Assembly (NCBI GenBank): GCA_964016885.1
Contig: OZ024760.1
Location: 6,138,001 to 6,202,000, forward strand
Source of the DNA: Eledone cirrhosa
Lineage: Eukaryota
Direction: 5' to 3'
Length of the DNA stretch: 64,000 bases
Positions 25,819-40,233 of this stretch are shown here, in pieces (within the stretch, counting starts at the first letter, position 1; every line of letters begins with the position of its first letter). The notes below the pieces were generated by a model. The model was not told the origin of the DNA, ran no database searches, and saw only the letters and a program-made list of their open reading frames with translations. The position numbers were made by a program, and so were the translations under genes.

Positions 25819-25895
25819 ATAGAAAACAAAACGAGGAAGTTTAATTTACATATAAAAGATATTTATTTACATGTATCGACCTGTTATGCGCGTTT

Positions 25896-25954
<59 letters not shown>

Positions 25955-26103
25955 GATGATGATGATGATGTATATATATATATATGTATGTATATATATA
26001 TGTATATAAACATATATATACATATGTTCCTTTAAAGTTTTATTGTTGCAACAATAAAATTTTAAAGGATCACCAGTCTAGCCTCCTGTTATTTTAATCA
26101 AAC

Positions 26104-26159
<56 letters not shown>

Positions 26160-26165
<6 letters not shown>

Positions 26166-26562
26166 TGTATATATAGTGTATTTTGCAATACACTGTATGC
26201 TTAATTAAAAGCATTTCGAAGACCTTATGCTATTGTTTAAGAGTAGTGACAATCTCACTTACTTTAAATTTTCAGCAAACAGGGGGAGATAAAGCTGACA
26301 GAGCTATGTTTCGTACTGATTGGTACTTATCAAAGCCAAGTACCCCACCTGTCTGCTGAAAATCATGAATGTTTGATTCTTATAGAATTTCTAGTAATAA
26401 TCAGGAACTGATTATACAGAGCGGTTGCCGGTCAAGCAGAAATTGAAAAGTAAGTGAGTCTGACACTACTCTAAAACAATAGCATAAGGTCTTCGAAATG
26501 CTTTTAATTAAGCATACAGTCAGTGTATTGCAAAATACACTATATATATACATTCATATATA
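26160..26562 (-). mobile_element. Element of about 400 bp with about 105-bp terminal inverted repeats and an internal hammerhead motif, inserted in (TA)n
   Basis: Arms 26160-26265 and 26447-26562 are reverse complements (gtgtattttgcaatacactg...gcatttcgaagaccttatgctattgtt). Confidence 0.8.
26293..26337 (-). ncRNA. Minimal type I hammerhead ribozyme, U3-A8 variant
   Basis: Minus strand: GGCT-TTGATAA-GTAC-caatca-GTAC-GAA-ACATAG/CTCTGT-C-AGCT; GUC cleavage triplet and near-palindromic stem III. Confidence 0.6.
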
Positions 26563-26591
26563 TATATAGCTATTTCAGAGCGCCAATTCTA

Positions 26592-26646
<55 letters not shown>

Positions 26647-26649
26647 TGA

Positions 26650-26870
26650 AGGCGTGTGGCTGAGTGGTTAGAGAATTGGATTCACAATCTTGAGGTTGTG
26701 AGTTCGAGTCCTGGACCGTTCGATGCGTTATGTCCTTGAGCAAGACACTTTATTTCACGTTTCTCCTTCTACCTGGAGTTGCGACCGATAGATAGTAGTA
26801 GCAACTGGAAAGACCAATGGAAACATTGTTTCCTCGGTCCGATTTGACGAAAGTCGATCGATCCAAAAAT
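26650..26870 (+). mobile_element. tRNA-derived SINE with a CORE-like domain and a different tail
   Basis: A box tggctgagtgg, B box gagttcgagtcc, tccttgagcaagacactttatttc. Confidence 0.7.
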
Positions 26871-26926
26871 ATATATATATATATATATATATATCTATAT
26901 ATATAGCAGGGTTCATTGTGACATGT

Positions 26927-27830
26927 AGGGCCCTGTAGAAACAGTAGACAGCTTCTGCTACCTAGGTGACCGAATTAGCAACGGAGGTGGGTGCTCAGAA
27001 AGTACAATAACTAGGGTAAGAACGGGATGGAAGAAGTTTAGGGAACTACTACCACTGCTAGCTGCAAAAGGCTTCTCCCTCAGAATGAAAGGCAGACTGT
27101 ATGATGCGTGTATACGAACAGCGATGTTGCATGGTAGTGAGACCTGGGCGCTGAAGGTGGAAGACTTACGTAGATTAGAGAGAAACGAAGCCTGCATGTT
27201 CCGATGGATGTGTAACAGTAATATACGTGAACGACAAAGCATAAATGAATTGAGAGAGAGACTGAGCATAAGAGGAATCAAATGCTGCGTGCAGGAGAGG
27301 CGGTTACGCTGGTATGGACATGTGATGCGTATGAAGGATGACAGCTGCATAAAAAGGTGCAGAGCACTAGAAGTTGATGGAAACCGCGGAGTGGGGAGAC
27401 CCAAGATGACTTGGGATGAGGTGATAAGAGCCGACCTTACCCAACTACACCTCTCAAAGTCAATGACACACGACCGTGACTTCTGGCGTCACGCAGTAAT
27501 ACAGGGTACCCGACCTCCCATGGGTACATGCTGAAGCATATAAACAATATGCCCCCCCCCCCCCCCCCACCGCAAGGTGGTCGTGGAGGTGCCACGGCAA
27601 AAAAGCACCCAGCCCACACTGTAAAGTGGACGTGTAGGCGCCACGAAAAAGCACCCAGCACTCACTGTAAATGAGGTTGGTGTTAGGAAGGGCATCCAGC
27701 TGTAGAAATCAAGCCAGATCAGTTCCTGTATGAGCAAGGCATGGTCAGCCGACCAGACACTGCCCACAACAGGACAACCCGTCTAACCCATGCTAGCGTG
27801 GAAGAACGGACGTAAAACGGTGATGATGAT
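26927..27830 (+). mobile_element. RTE family A, 5'-truncated young copy nested in an old LINE fragment
   Basis: ORF 27085-27534 differs from the C-terminus of the full-length ORF by three residues; full 3' UTR and (gat)n tail; the flanks rejoin to LALAGHVT.HNEP on the minus strand. Confidence 0.93.
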
Positions 27831-27918
27831 GTCACATGTCCAGCTAATGCGAGGCTTTGTCGCCTGATGATGTCAGAAATAGCAAGGATGTTAAACATTT
27901 GCAATTAACCTCCCAAAG

Positions 27919-27919
<1 letters not shown>

Positions 27920-27953
<34 letters not shown>

Positions 27954-28920
27954 GTTTTTACATCTGTTTTTGCACACTTGCATGGGCTGGACGAGTCCTT
28001 CTCACAGCGTCTCTCCACACGCCACGTTCCATCGTCATCTCCTCCGTGAGTCTTAGAGATTTGAGGTCAGCTCTCGGCACTTCTGCCCAAATCTCTCTAC
28101 TGCGGCTTCCTTCTATTGGACCTTTCCCACCACTTCTTCACCCAGCGGTCATCGTCCATTCACATCACATGTCTCTACTTTCTTATACACCAGCTCGGGC
28201 TCTTCTCAAACCCAGTTTCTGCCTTAGTTCATCCAAGCTCTGCCTCACTCTTACATTGCTCATCTAACGAATCATAGTTGCTTCAATTCTCTCCAGTCTA
28301 CGCATGTCCTCTGCAGCTACAGCCCATGTTTCACTACCATGCAGCATCGCATTTTACACACAGGTGTTGCACAATCGTCCTTGTATACGTAGGAAGAAAC
28401 TTTTTGTGGTCAATAGTGTGGGTAGCTCTCTAAACTTCCTCCATTCTATCCTTATTCCAGCTATTATGCTCTCATATCATTCTCCATCCTTTTATATATA
28501 GGAGAAAAACATTTTATTGTCAACAGTGGGAGTAACTCTCTAAACTTCTTCCATATTATCCTTATTCTAGCTGTTATGCTAACCGTTATGCCGTCTAACC
28601 CATGGACGTTAAACGATGATGATGACGATGATGATGATGATGATTATCTCTCCAGTCTACACAGCTCCTCTGCAGTTACAACCCATGTTCCACAACCATA
28701 CAGCATCACACTTCATACACAGACGTCATACAATCGTCCTTTTGTACACAGCGAGAAACGTTTTGTGGTCAATAGTGGGAATAGCTCTCTAAACTTCTTC
28801 CACATTATCCTTATTCTATCTATTATACTCTCTCCAGTCTACACACGACCTCTACAGTCACAACCCATGTTTCACAACCATACAGCATCACATTTCATAC
28901 ACAGACATCATACAATTGTC
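27920..28920 (-). mobile_element. Old degraded RTE fragments with internal duplications
   Basis: Segment ctctccagtctac...acc(a)tgtttcac...catacagcatc at about 28290, 28647 and 28829, homologous to the MLHGSETW region. Confidence 0.65.
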
Positions 28921-29450
28921 CTCCAAAGTGTTCTATAATATTCAATAAGTTTCCTGAATGTTTCTTTATCAAGTAACTCCTAGTTTCTTGATGAATTCAT
29001 TTATATTTCTCAATGGTTTATTGTCTATGTTGTTTTTCAGTATTTCATAAGGAGGCTTACTGCCCTACTCCTGCCCCTGCACCTCCTCCTAGAACAAATC
29101 TTGGCACCTTTCCAGCTTATTCATTACAATATATTTATTTAAGCCAAGTTTCTCTCTCTTTGTCTCTGTGTGTGTTTTGTGTTTATTAACAACTTAAACT
29201 TTAGAGACACTTACTCAGCAAAATCGAAGGTCTGTTGTATGACATTTTCATTTTGTTTGCCATTGTTTGTGTTAGCAGCAATAACAACAATAATAAAAAC
29301 AATAATAATAACAATAACAATAAAAATAGTAATAACGATGATTAATACTAATGATATTAATAATAATATCAACAACAACAACAACAACAATAATAAAAAT
29401 AATAGTGATGATAATAATAACGATAATATCGACAACAACAACAATAACAA

Positions 29451-29486
<36 letters not shown>

Positions 29487-29949
29487 TAGTGATGATAGTA
29501 ATAATACTAATCATGATGATGATGATAACAGCAACAACAATAATAATAATAATAATAATAGTAATAATAATAGTAATAATAATAATAGTAATAATAATAA
29601 TAGTAGTAATAACAACAACAACAACAATAATAATAATAAAGCCGCCTGTTTAGAGTTTGGAAATCAGTCATCTTTTTAGATTCGGACAAATGAAGCGAAT
29701 AATTTGTTTTTAACAATTACTGTTCTAGATTCTATTGAACAAACTTATTTCTCCCGTTTCTATCTGAACTTTTGCTATTTCACTTGAAATATATTCTATT
29801 TCGTCTTCTACTTTAGTTTAGTTTAGTTTAGTTTATTTTATTTTTTATTTTAATTTTTTTATTTTTTTTTTATTTTTTTATTTTTTTATTTTATTCTTTT
29901 CTTCTGGTTTTGTTTGGTTTTTGTTTCCTCTACTTATTATCACTTCCTG

Positions 29950-29990
<41 letters not shown>

Positions 29991-30774
29991 ATTTCTTTGT
30001 CTCTCACTCTCTGTCTTTGTCTCTCTCTCTCTTTTTCTTTCCCTCTCTCTGTATTTCTTTCTGTCTCTGTGTGTCTCTCTCTCCCCCTCTCTCTCTCTCT
30101 CTCTCTGTATTTCTTTTTGTCTGTGTGTCTCTCCCCCCCTCTCTCTCTCTCTCTTTGTCTCTCTCTCTGTCTGTGTGTGTCTCTCCCTCCCTCTCTCTCT
30201 CTCTCTCTGTATTTCTTTCTGTCTGTGTGTCTCTCCTCCTCTTTCTCTGTCTTTCTTTCTGTCTTTGTCTCTCTCTCCCTGTCACTCTCCCTGTCTCCCT
30301 CTCTTTCTCACTCTCTCCCCCAGTCTGTCTCTCTCTCTCTCTCTCCTCCCCACCCACACCCCACATACCCAGTTGTTAATCAACTTCTCACTTTGCACTG
30401 CTATATTCACACCCCAGGTGTTGTCCCACAGCCACCAACAGAGGGACCTACCTGTAGAAGTATTGTCCGACCCCGCTACCCCCTGCCAATTCTAACATGG
30501 ATTACAGAAAAAAAATAACAACATAAAATTGATGGTGATAGTGATGACGATGATGGCAATGATGATGATGATGATGGTAGTGGTGGAGCTAGTGATGGTG
30601 GTGATGGTGGTGATGGTGATGATGATGATTGTGAGGATGGTAGGGGTGATGGTGGTGGTGGTGGTGATGGTGATGGTAGTAGTGGTGATGGTGGTGATGA
30701 TGATTGTGTGTTGATGGTGGTGATGATTGTGAGGATGGTAGGGGTGATGGTGGTGGTGGTGATGATGGTAGGGG

Positions 30775-30805
<31 letters not shown>

Positions 30806-31032
30806 GGTGGTGATGGTAGGGGTGATGATGATGATGATGGTGGTGGTGGTGATGATGGTGTGATGATGGTAGGGGTGATGATGATGATGGTGGTGGTGGT
30901 AGTGGTGGTGATGGTGATGGTGTGATCATGGTAGTGGTGATGATGGAGATGATGATGATGATGGTTGTGGTGATGGAGATGGTCGTTATAGTGATAGTGA
31001 TGATGTTGGCAATGATGATGATGATAATGATA

Positions 31033-31225
31033 ATTGTTTCTACTTTTGGCACAAGGTCAGCAAATTACCCCAGTACATTACTGGTACTTTTATTTTATCG
31101 ACCCCGTAAGGATGAAAGGCAAAGTTAACCTCGGCGGGATTTGAACTCAGAATGGCAAGGGCCGTAACTCCATGCGTCAAAGCATGGCGTCCGACCCTCT
31201 ACCGGTACTGCCAATCCACTGCCCT
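31033..31225 (-). mobile_element. SINE family A
   Basis: Reverse complement of the 14611-14795 sequence. Confidence 0.88.
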
Positions 31226-31257
31226 GTGGATGATGATGATGATGATGATGATGATAA

Positions 31258-31582
31258 TGATTTCTTTATTAACCACAAGGGTTTACATAAAGTAGACATT
31301 AAGGACAGTGCAGGACAATACAGGACGGTACAAATGGGCATTTCTGCATGTAAAAAACAAAAACAGAGGATGTAACAAAAAAAAAAACAATGAAAAATTC
31401 CCCAATAGGGGGGAGACTTCGGAGGGACATTTGTGGAGAAAGCCCAGTAAAAGGCCACAGTGACCCTGACTACCAAGGCAAGTGCCCTCTCCCAGTTTTC
31501 CACCTTTAATTTACAGATACGTACTCAGAGTAGGCCCATTCACTCGGGCCATTCTTGCTTCTCTCACCCATCTTTCAACAAA
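31258..31582 (-). mobile_element. Possible L1/Tx1-clade LINE 3' end
   Basis: Minus frame FVERWVREARMARVNGPTLSTYL* followed by a UTR ending in aataaag; a similar end occurs near 47925-47990. Confidence 0.4.
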
Positions 31583-31989
31583 ATGATGATGATAATGGTG
31601 ATGATGATAATGATAGTGGTAATGGTGATGATGATAATGATAGTGATAATGGTGATGATGATGATTTAAAATGTTAATTCAAATTGTGCAAGGCAACCAT
31701 TTTCGCTTTGTCTTCAGAATACTGAAGAAGGATTGTAATATTTATTTTCGTGTTTTGAATTAAAGTAGGTATTATGAGAGGGGCCGGGGAGGTGGGGGTT
31801 AAGTGGGATGTCATGAGGTGTGAGTGGGGGGGGGGGTGAGTGGGATGTTATGGCGTGTGGATGGAGGTTAAGCGGGTTGTTATAAGGTAGGGGTGGAGGA
31901 GAATAACAGAAAAAAAACAACCCAAAACAGGAAAAACACAACAATAAAATGCGCAAAAAAAAATCAAAAACACACACAACACTCCCACC

Positions 31990-32760
31990 CACACCCACAC
32001 AAAAAACGCACTAAAAACACTCAAAAACTCACAAAAAAATCTCAAAACACAGACAACCCCTCCCCACAAAAACAATCACAAAACACACACAACCTCCCCT
32101 CCCACAAACAACGCACCCCAAATACACAAAAAAACGTATCAAAAACTCACAAAAAATTCTCAAAACACAGACAACCCCTCCCCACAAAAACAATCACAAA
32201 ACACACACAACCCCCCCTCCCACAAACAACGCACCCCAAATACACAAAAAAACGTACCAAAAACACACAAAAAAAATTCTCAAAACACAGACAACCCCTC
32301 CCCACAAAAACAATCACAAAACACACACAACCCCCCCTCCCTCAAACAACGCACCCCAAATACACAAAAAAAAACGTACCAAAAACACACAAAAAAATCT
32401 CAAAACACAGACAACCCCTCCCCACAAAAACAATCACAAAACACACACAACCTCCCCTCCCACAAACAACGCACCCCAAATACACAAAAAAACGTACCAA
32501 AAACACACAAAAAATTCTCAAAACACAGACAACCCCTCCCCACAAAAACAATCACAAAACACACACAACCCCCCCTCCCACAAACAACGCACCCCAAATA
32601 CACAAAAAAACGTACCAAAAACACACAAAAAAATCTCAAAACACAGACAACCCCTCCCCACAAAAACAATCACAAAACACACACAACCTCCCCTCCCTCC
32701 CACAAACAACGCACCCCAAATACACAAAAAAACGTACCAAAAACACACAAAAAAAATACC
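31990..32760. repeat. About 119-bp A/C-rich tandem array (about 6.5 copies)
   Basis: Repeating ctcaaaacacagacaacccctccccacaaaaacaatcacaaaacacacacaacc...aaacgtaccaaaaacacac. Confidence 0.9.
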
Positions 32761-33109
32761 CCCAAAATGTACCAAAACACATACACACACAAAACCACAA
32801 ACACAACAAAAAATAAAAGAGAGAGAGAGCAAGAAGGGTAAAGTTTATCTGTAGAAATGGGTGAGACACGCAAGACTGGAATCAATTTTGGCCTGAAAAT
32901 CTACTATGATAAATAATAATAATAATATAATATAATATAATAATAATATAATAATAATAATAATGAAATCGGATGAAAAAGTGATAGAGGCGATGTATGT
33001 GGAAAGTTTAGTCATTACTTTACATAAGATAATTGGATTAAAGTGTTTGGTTTGTTTAGTAAAGGTGTAAATATTGTGAAAAGGTACTGAAGATGAATAA
33101 GGAAAGAAG

Positions 33110-34450
33110 ATGGTGGTGAAGAAGAAGAAGAGAATGGAAGGTGGTGGTGGTGGTGGTGGTGGTGGTGGTGGTGAAGAAGAGAATGGAAGGTGGTGGTGGT
33201 GGTGGTGGTGGTGAAGAATAGAATGGAAGGTGGTGGTGGTGGTGGTGGTGAAGAAGAGAATGGAAGGTGGTGGTGGTGGTGGTGGTGGTGAAGAAGAGAA
33301 TGGAAGGTGGTGGTGGTGGTGGTGAAGAAGAGAATGGAAGGTGGTGGTGGTGGTGGTGAAGAAGAAGAGAATGGAAGGTGGTGGTGGTGGTGGTGAAGAA
33401 GAGAATGGAAGGTGGTGGTGGTGGTGGTGAAGAAGAAGAGAATGGAAGGTGGTGGTGGTGGTGGTGAAGAAGAAGAAGAGAATGGAAGGTGGTGGTGGTG
33501 GTGGTGAAGAAGAGAATGGAAGGTGGTGGTGGTGGTGTTGGAGATGAAGGATAGTGTGGTGGGGATGGTGGTGGATGGTGATGATGGTCAGGTGGAGTGG
33601 TGGTGGTGGTGGATGGTGGATGGTGTTGATGGTATGGTGGAGTGGTGGTGGTGGTGGTGGATGGTGTTGATGGTCAGGTAGAGTGGTGGTGGATGGTGTT
33701 GATGGTATGGTGGAGTGGTGGTGGTGGTGGTGGATGGTGTTGATGGTATGGTGGAGTGGTGGTGGATGGTGTTGATGGTATGGTGGAGTGGTGGTGGTGG
33801 ATGGTGTTGATGGTATGGTGGAGTGGTGGTGGTGGATGGTGTTGATGGTATGGTGGAGTGGTGGTGGATGGTGTTGATGGTATGGTGGAGTGGTGGTGGT
33901 GGTATGGTGGAGTGGTGGAGTGGTGGTGGTGGATGGTGTTGATGGTATGGTGGAGTGGTGGTGGATGGTGTTGATGGTATGGTGGAGTGGTGGTGGTGGA
34001 TGGTGTTGATGGTATGGTGGAGTGGTGGTGGATGGTGTTGATGGTATGGTGGAGTGGTGGTGGATGGTGTTGATGGTATGGTGGAGTGGTGGTGGATGGT
34101 GTTGATGGTATGGTGGAGTGGTGGTGGTGGATGGTGTTGATGGTATGGTGGAGTGGTGGTGGATGGTGTTGATGGTATGGTGGAGTGGTGGTGGATGGTG
34201 TTGATGGTATGGTGGAGTGGTGGTGGTGGATGGTGTTGATGGTATGGTGGAGTGGTGGTGGTGGATGGTGTTGATGGTATGGTGGAGTGGTGGTGGATGG
34301 TGTTGATGGTATGGTGGAGTGGTGGTGGATGATGGTCAGGTGGGATGGTGTTGATGGGGAGGTGGGGTGGTGGGGGTGGTGTTGATGGTAAAGTGTGGTG
34401 GTGGTGGTAGTGTTGACGGTCCGGTGGAGTGGTGGTGGCTGTGATGGTCA
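33110..34450. repeat. GGT-rich minisatellites with two unit types
   Basis: gaagaagagaatggaa(ggt)n, then ggatggtgttgatggtatggtggagt(ggt)n. Confidence 0.9.
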
Positions 34451-34578
34451 GGTGGGGTGGTGTGTGGTAGACATCGCTAGTGTAAGCTTTTAGCTTGATA
34501 ACCTCACAATCTAAAGAAACACTTCCAGTTATTGAATATATTGTCTTAGCAACTTATCAATTTGAACATTGAATAGCT

Positions 34579-34626
<48 letters not shown>

Positions 34627-34653
34627 GCTACTACTACAACTACTACTACTGCA

Positions 34654-34694
<41 letters not shown>

Positions 34695-35719
34695 AACTAC
34701 ACCAGCTATAACAAAAACCACAACTACTACAACAGCTACAACAACAATAACAAACACCAACAATATCAACAACGACAACAGTAACAACAACAGTAACAAC
34801 AACAGTAACAATTACAACAACAACAACAGTAACAACAACAGTAACAACAACAACAGTAACAATTACAACAACAACAACAGTAACAACAACAGTAATAATT
34901 ACAACAACAACAGTAACAATTACAACTACAATAACAACAACAACAACAACAATAACAACAACAACAACAATAACAATTACAACTACAACAACAATAACAA
35001 TTACAACTACAATAACAACAACAACAACAACAACAACAAAACCAACAACAGTAACAACAACAACAGTAACAACAGTAACAATTACAACAACATCAACAAC
35101 AGCAGTAACAATTACAACAACAACAACAATAACAATTACAACTACAACAACAACAATAACAATTACAACTACAATAACAACAACAAAACCAACAACAGTA
35201 ACAACAACAACAGTAACAATTACAACAACAATAACAATTACAACTACAACAACAACAAAACCAACAACAGTAACAACAACAACAGTAACAATTACAACAA
35301 CAACAACAACAACAACAGTAACAGCAGTAACAATTACAACAACAACAACAACAACAACAGTAACAATTACAACAACAACTACAACACCAGTAACAATTAC
35401 AACTACAACAGTAACAATTACAACTACAACAGCAACAAAACCTAAAACAACAAAAAAATTCTGTTGTACTTAAGATGAATTTCTGTTTTGGTAGATTTAT
35501 CTGTTTGGTCTTATATTTCCATTCTAGTGTTTCTATGTATAGTGTGTGTAAATGTATCTGATGTATGTATATATATGTATATATATATGTGTGTGTCTGA
35601 TGTATATATATATGTATATATATATATGTGTGTGGGTGTATCTGATGTATATATATATGTGTGTGTGTGTATGTATTTATGTATATATATATATATGTGT
35701 GTGTGTGTATGTATTTATG

Positions 35720-35752
<33 letters not shown>

Positions 35753-35763
35753 ATGTATTTATG

Positions 35764-35794
<31 letters not shown>

Positions 35795-35801
35795 ATGTAT
35801 T

Positions 35802-35836
<35 letters not shown>

Positions 35837-35845
35837 ATATTTATG

Positions 35846-35880
<35 letters not shown>

Positions 35881-36567
35881 ATGTATTTATATATATGTGT
35901 GTATGTATTTATGTATATGTGTGTGTGTGTGTGTGTATGTATTTATATATATGTGTGTGTGTTTGTATTTATAAATATATATGTGTGTGTGTATGTATTT
36001 ATGTATATATATGTGTGTGTGTGTGTGTATTTATATATATATATGTGTGTGTGTGTATGTATTTATGTATATATATATGTGTGTGTATGTATTTATATAT
36101 ATATGTATGTGTGTGTGTATGTATTTATGTATATATGTATGTGTGTGTGTGTATGTATTTATATATGTGTGTGTGTGTGTATGAATTTATGTATATATAT
36201 GTGTGTATGTGTATATATATATATATATGTGTGTCTGTATGTATGTATGTGTGTATGCATTTATGTATATATATATATATATATATGTGTGTGTATGTGT
36301 GTGTGTATGTATGTATATATATGTGTGTGTATGTATGTATATATATGTGTATAGGTATGTATGTGTGTGTGTATGTATATATATATATGTATGTATGTGT
36401 GTGTGTGTGCGTGTGTATGTATGTATATATATATATATATGTGTGTGTGTGTATGTATGTATATATACATGTGTGGGTGGGTGGGTGTATATATAGTACA
36501 TGAAATAAATTATATATCTATACATATATAACAGATGAAATATATATATATATATACATAGATAGAT

Positions 36568-36622
<55 letters not shown>

Positions 36623-36625
36623 GAT

Positions 36626-36673
<48 letters not shown>

Positions 36674-36676
36674 ATG

Positions 36677-36719
<43 letters not shown>

Positions 36720-37109
36720 ATGATGATATATATAATATATCTTCTGTTTTTTAGAGGAAGAGTGTAAGACTGTTCACCATTCTTATAACTTTCTCTTCCG
36801 AAACTAACTAGAAATCTTGTTACAGCTTTTAACAAACACACACACACACACACACACACAGACACACACACACATACACTCTCTCTCTCTCTTTTTCTTT
36901 TTCTTTTTTTTGTCCTCCGTCTGTATTAATTTGTTTTGAAAAATAACAGCAACAATAAACAAATCTGTTACTTAGTGCAGTATCAGGTGTGCTGGCAATA
37001 TATCATTTTCAGCATCATCATCATCATCTTGACCACCACCACCACCATCATCATCATCTTCATCACCATTATCTTCACCATCACCACCACCATCATCATC
37101 ACCATCATC

Positions 37110-37975
37110 AACATTTATGTCTGTTTTCTTTTTTCCACGTTTGAATGGGTCGGCCCAGTCTTTATCAGCCAAGCACAGCTTTCTTCCAGTTGTTGCATTC
37201 CTTTGTCACCTCTTCTGAGAGCTTCTGTGATTTCAGATCAGCTCTCACCATCTCTGGCTCAAGTCTTCTTCCTTGGTCTTCCTATACTGTAGCTCTCTTT
37301 TGTCACCTCTTCTGAGAGCTTCTGTGATTGTAGATCAGCTCTCACCATCTCTGGCTCAAGTCTTCTTCCTATACTGTAGCTCTCTTTTGTCACCTCTTCT
37401 GTGAGCTTAGATCAGCTCTCACCATCTCTGGCTCAAGTCTTCTTCCTACACTGTAGCTCCCCCTTTGTCACCTCTTCTGAGAGTTTCAGTGATTGTAGAT
37501 CAGCTCTCACTATCTCTGGCTCAAGTCTTCTTCCTACACTGTAGCTCCCCCTTTGTCACCTCTTCTGAGAGTTTCAGTGATTGTAGATCAGCTCTCACCA
37601 TCTCTGGCTCAAGTCTTCTTCCTATACTGTAAGCTCCCCTTTGTCACCTCTTCTGAGAGTTTCAGTGATTGTAGATCAGCTCTCACTATCTCTGGCTCAA
37701 GTCTTCTTCCTATACTGTAAGCTCCCCTTTGTCACCTCTTCTGAGAGTTTCAGTGATTGTAGATCAGCTCTCACTATCTCTGGCTCAAGTCTTCTTCCTA
37801 CACTGTAGCTCTCTTTCGTCACCTCTTCTGAGAGCTTCAGTGATTTCAGATCAGCTCTCACCATCTCTGGCTCAAGTCTTCTTCCTATACTGTAAGCTCC
37901 CCTCTGTCACCTCTTCTGAGAGTTTCAGTGATTGTAGATCAGCTCTCACCATCTCTGGCTCAAGTCTTCTTTCTT
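37110..37975 (-). repeat. About 88-bp tandem array (about 9 copies) derived from the RTE ORF C-terminus
   Basis: Period of 88 (gtagatcagc at 37495, 37583, 37671, 37759); the minus strand reads like GRPRKKT..EMVRADL.SLKLSEEVTK and the array adjoins an RTE-like 3' end. Confidence 0.8.
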
Positions 37976-38014
37976 GAACTCTACCAATTACTGCCAATCC
38001 GCATTTTGTAATAA

Positions 38015-38230
38015 TAGTTTCTGATATAGTCACAAAGCCAACAATTCTGGAGAGGGGAAAGTTGATTAAATCGACCCCAGTGTGTTACTGCTACTTTATT
38101 TTATTGACCCTGTAAGGATGAAAGGCAAAGGTAACCTAGGCAACAATTAAACTCAGAAAGTAAAGAACCGTAACTGTGTGCCACAAAGCATATTGTCTGA
38201 TGCTCTACTGGTTACTGCGAATCCACATTT
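38015..38230 (-). mobile_element. Diverged SINE family A
   Basis: gaccctgtaaggatgaaaggcaaaggtaacct body. Confidence 0.7.
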
Positions 38231-38846
38231 TGTAATAATGCTTCTATAAATGTTATTGCAGAAGAGTATTATTAATTTGGCATATTTTAATAATTAATAC
38301 GAATAATTGTGCTCGTTAATGCATGGGCAGAGTTAATAAATTTATTGATTGTTAATATTTAATTTTTTTTATATAGTTTAGAATTGCAACGTTTGAAATT
38401 TTTTTTTTTTTTTAATAAACTTTTTGTTAGTTTTAATTTTATTAACTTTTAAAAATTATTTATTTAATTATTTATTTTTTGTAATTTAGAAATGTCTTTC
38501 ATAATCTCGTTAATTCTTGTCATGATTATATATTTGTTGGTTTCATCAATTTATTATTGTTGTTGCTGTTATTGTTGCTGTTGTTGTTATTGTTGTTGTT
38601 GTCGTTGTTGTTGTTGTTATCGTTGTCGTTGCTGTTGTTGTTATTATCGTTGTTGTTGTTGCCATTATTTTTACTGTTACAATAAAGATATAATGTCTAT
38701 CTTTTAGTTCTGGTGTTAATAGCTGTAGGTTTTCTGTCTGTATATTTGTGTTGTGTGTGTATATATATGTGTGTATATGTATATATGTGTTGTGTTATAT
38801 GTGTAATATGTGTCTTGTGTGTGTATATATGTATATATGTGTCATG

Positions 38847-38896
<50 letters not shown>

Positions 38897-39035
38897 TTGT
38901 ATGTATATATGTGTAGTGTTATGTTGTAGGTTTTCTGTCTGTGTAGCTACTGGTCTGTGGGTATATGTGTTTTGTATGTGTATATATGTATATATGTGTT
39001 GTGTTTATATGTGTATATATGTGTGTAGCTGTAGG

Positions 39036-39075
<40 letters not shown>

Positions 39076-40128
39076 TGTGTTGTATGTGTATATATGTATG
39101 TAGTGTTGTGTTCTATGTATATATAACTATTGGAGCTGTATGTCTATATAGTGTTGATATTCTATGTCTATATAGGCATTTTTTCTCTGGAATTGATGGC
39201 GTTCTCTCTCTCTCCCTCTCTGTATATATATATATATATATATATCATAGTTACTTCTCTATTCTTATGATAAATGACTTTTATACACTCACACACACAC
39301 ACACACACACATATATAGCAATATCCGTAGGTGTGAAAAGCAAAAAAGAAAACACTGTTCAATCGGGAAGAGAGCAGAAATATTATATTATTTATTTATG
39401 TTCTTACACAGAACAAAGGTGTAACTCAATATATGTGTGTGTATATATATATATATATATATGGGAACATCATGATGATAATGATGATGGATATCATCAT
39501 CATCATCATCATTTAACATCCATTTTCCATGCTAGCATGGATAAGGGTGACCAGCTACACCAGCTGCATTGTAGTGGAGTGAACGCCATCTTGAATTACA
39601 GTGCCATCTAACAGATTGAATCAATTCTACAAATGAGGAAAGAAACTTTGTTAGTTTATGCAACTGTAGCCTCCAATATTGTAAGAATATTCATTTAAGT
39701 TTTGATATTATAAGTATTTGAAATCAAGGAGTGTTTTTGTGGTCACCCTGTATATGTATTTAATCATGGCGCAAGCAGCATTATGGAGTTGTCTTCTCTT
39801 TGATACAACTGAGCAGTCCTCTCAACCCTTTATTTGGTAGGATATCTATGGTTGGATGTCCTTCCTATCACCAACCATTTTACAGATTGTACTAGGTATG
39901 TTTATCATGTAAATCCCCAACACTATTCAAAACCCACCCATGTCACTTCTTTAAATATATATATATGCGTTGTTTAGCGTCCATTTTGCACGCTGGCATA
40001 TACATATATATTTATATATACACACGCACATACATATACATACATACATACATACACTCACATATATATAAATAAATCATCGCCAGTCGTTTTAGCATTC
40101 ACTTTCCCTTCTAACAAGGATTGGATAA

Positions 40129-40233
<105 letters not shown>

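Noticed and set aside
31893-32816. 307-aa K/T/Q/P-rich repeat ORF
   Set aside because: A/C-rich 119-bp tandem array; unit length varies by homopolymer slips that shift the frame.
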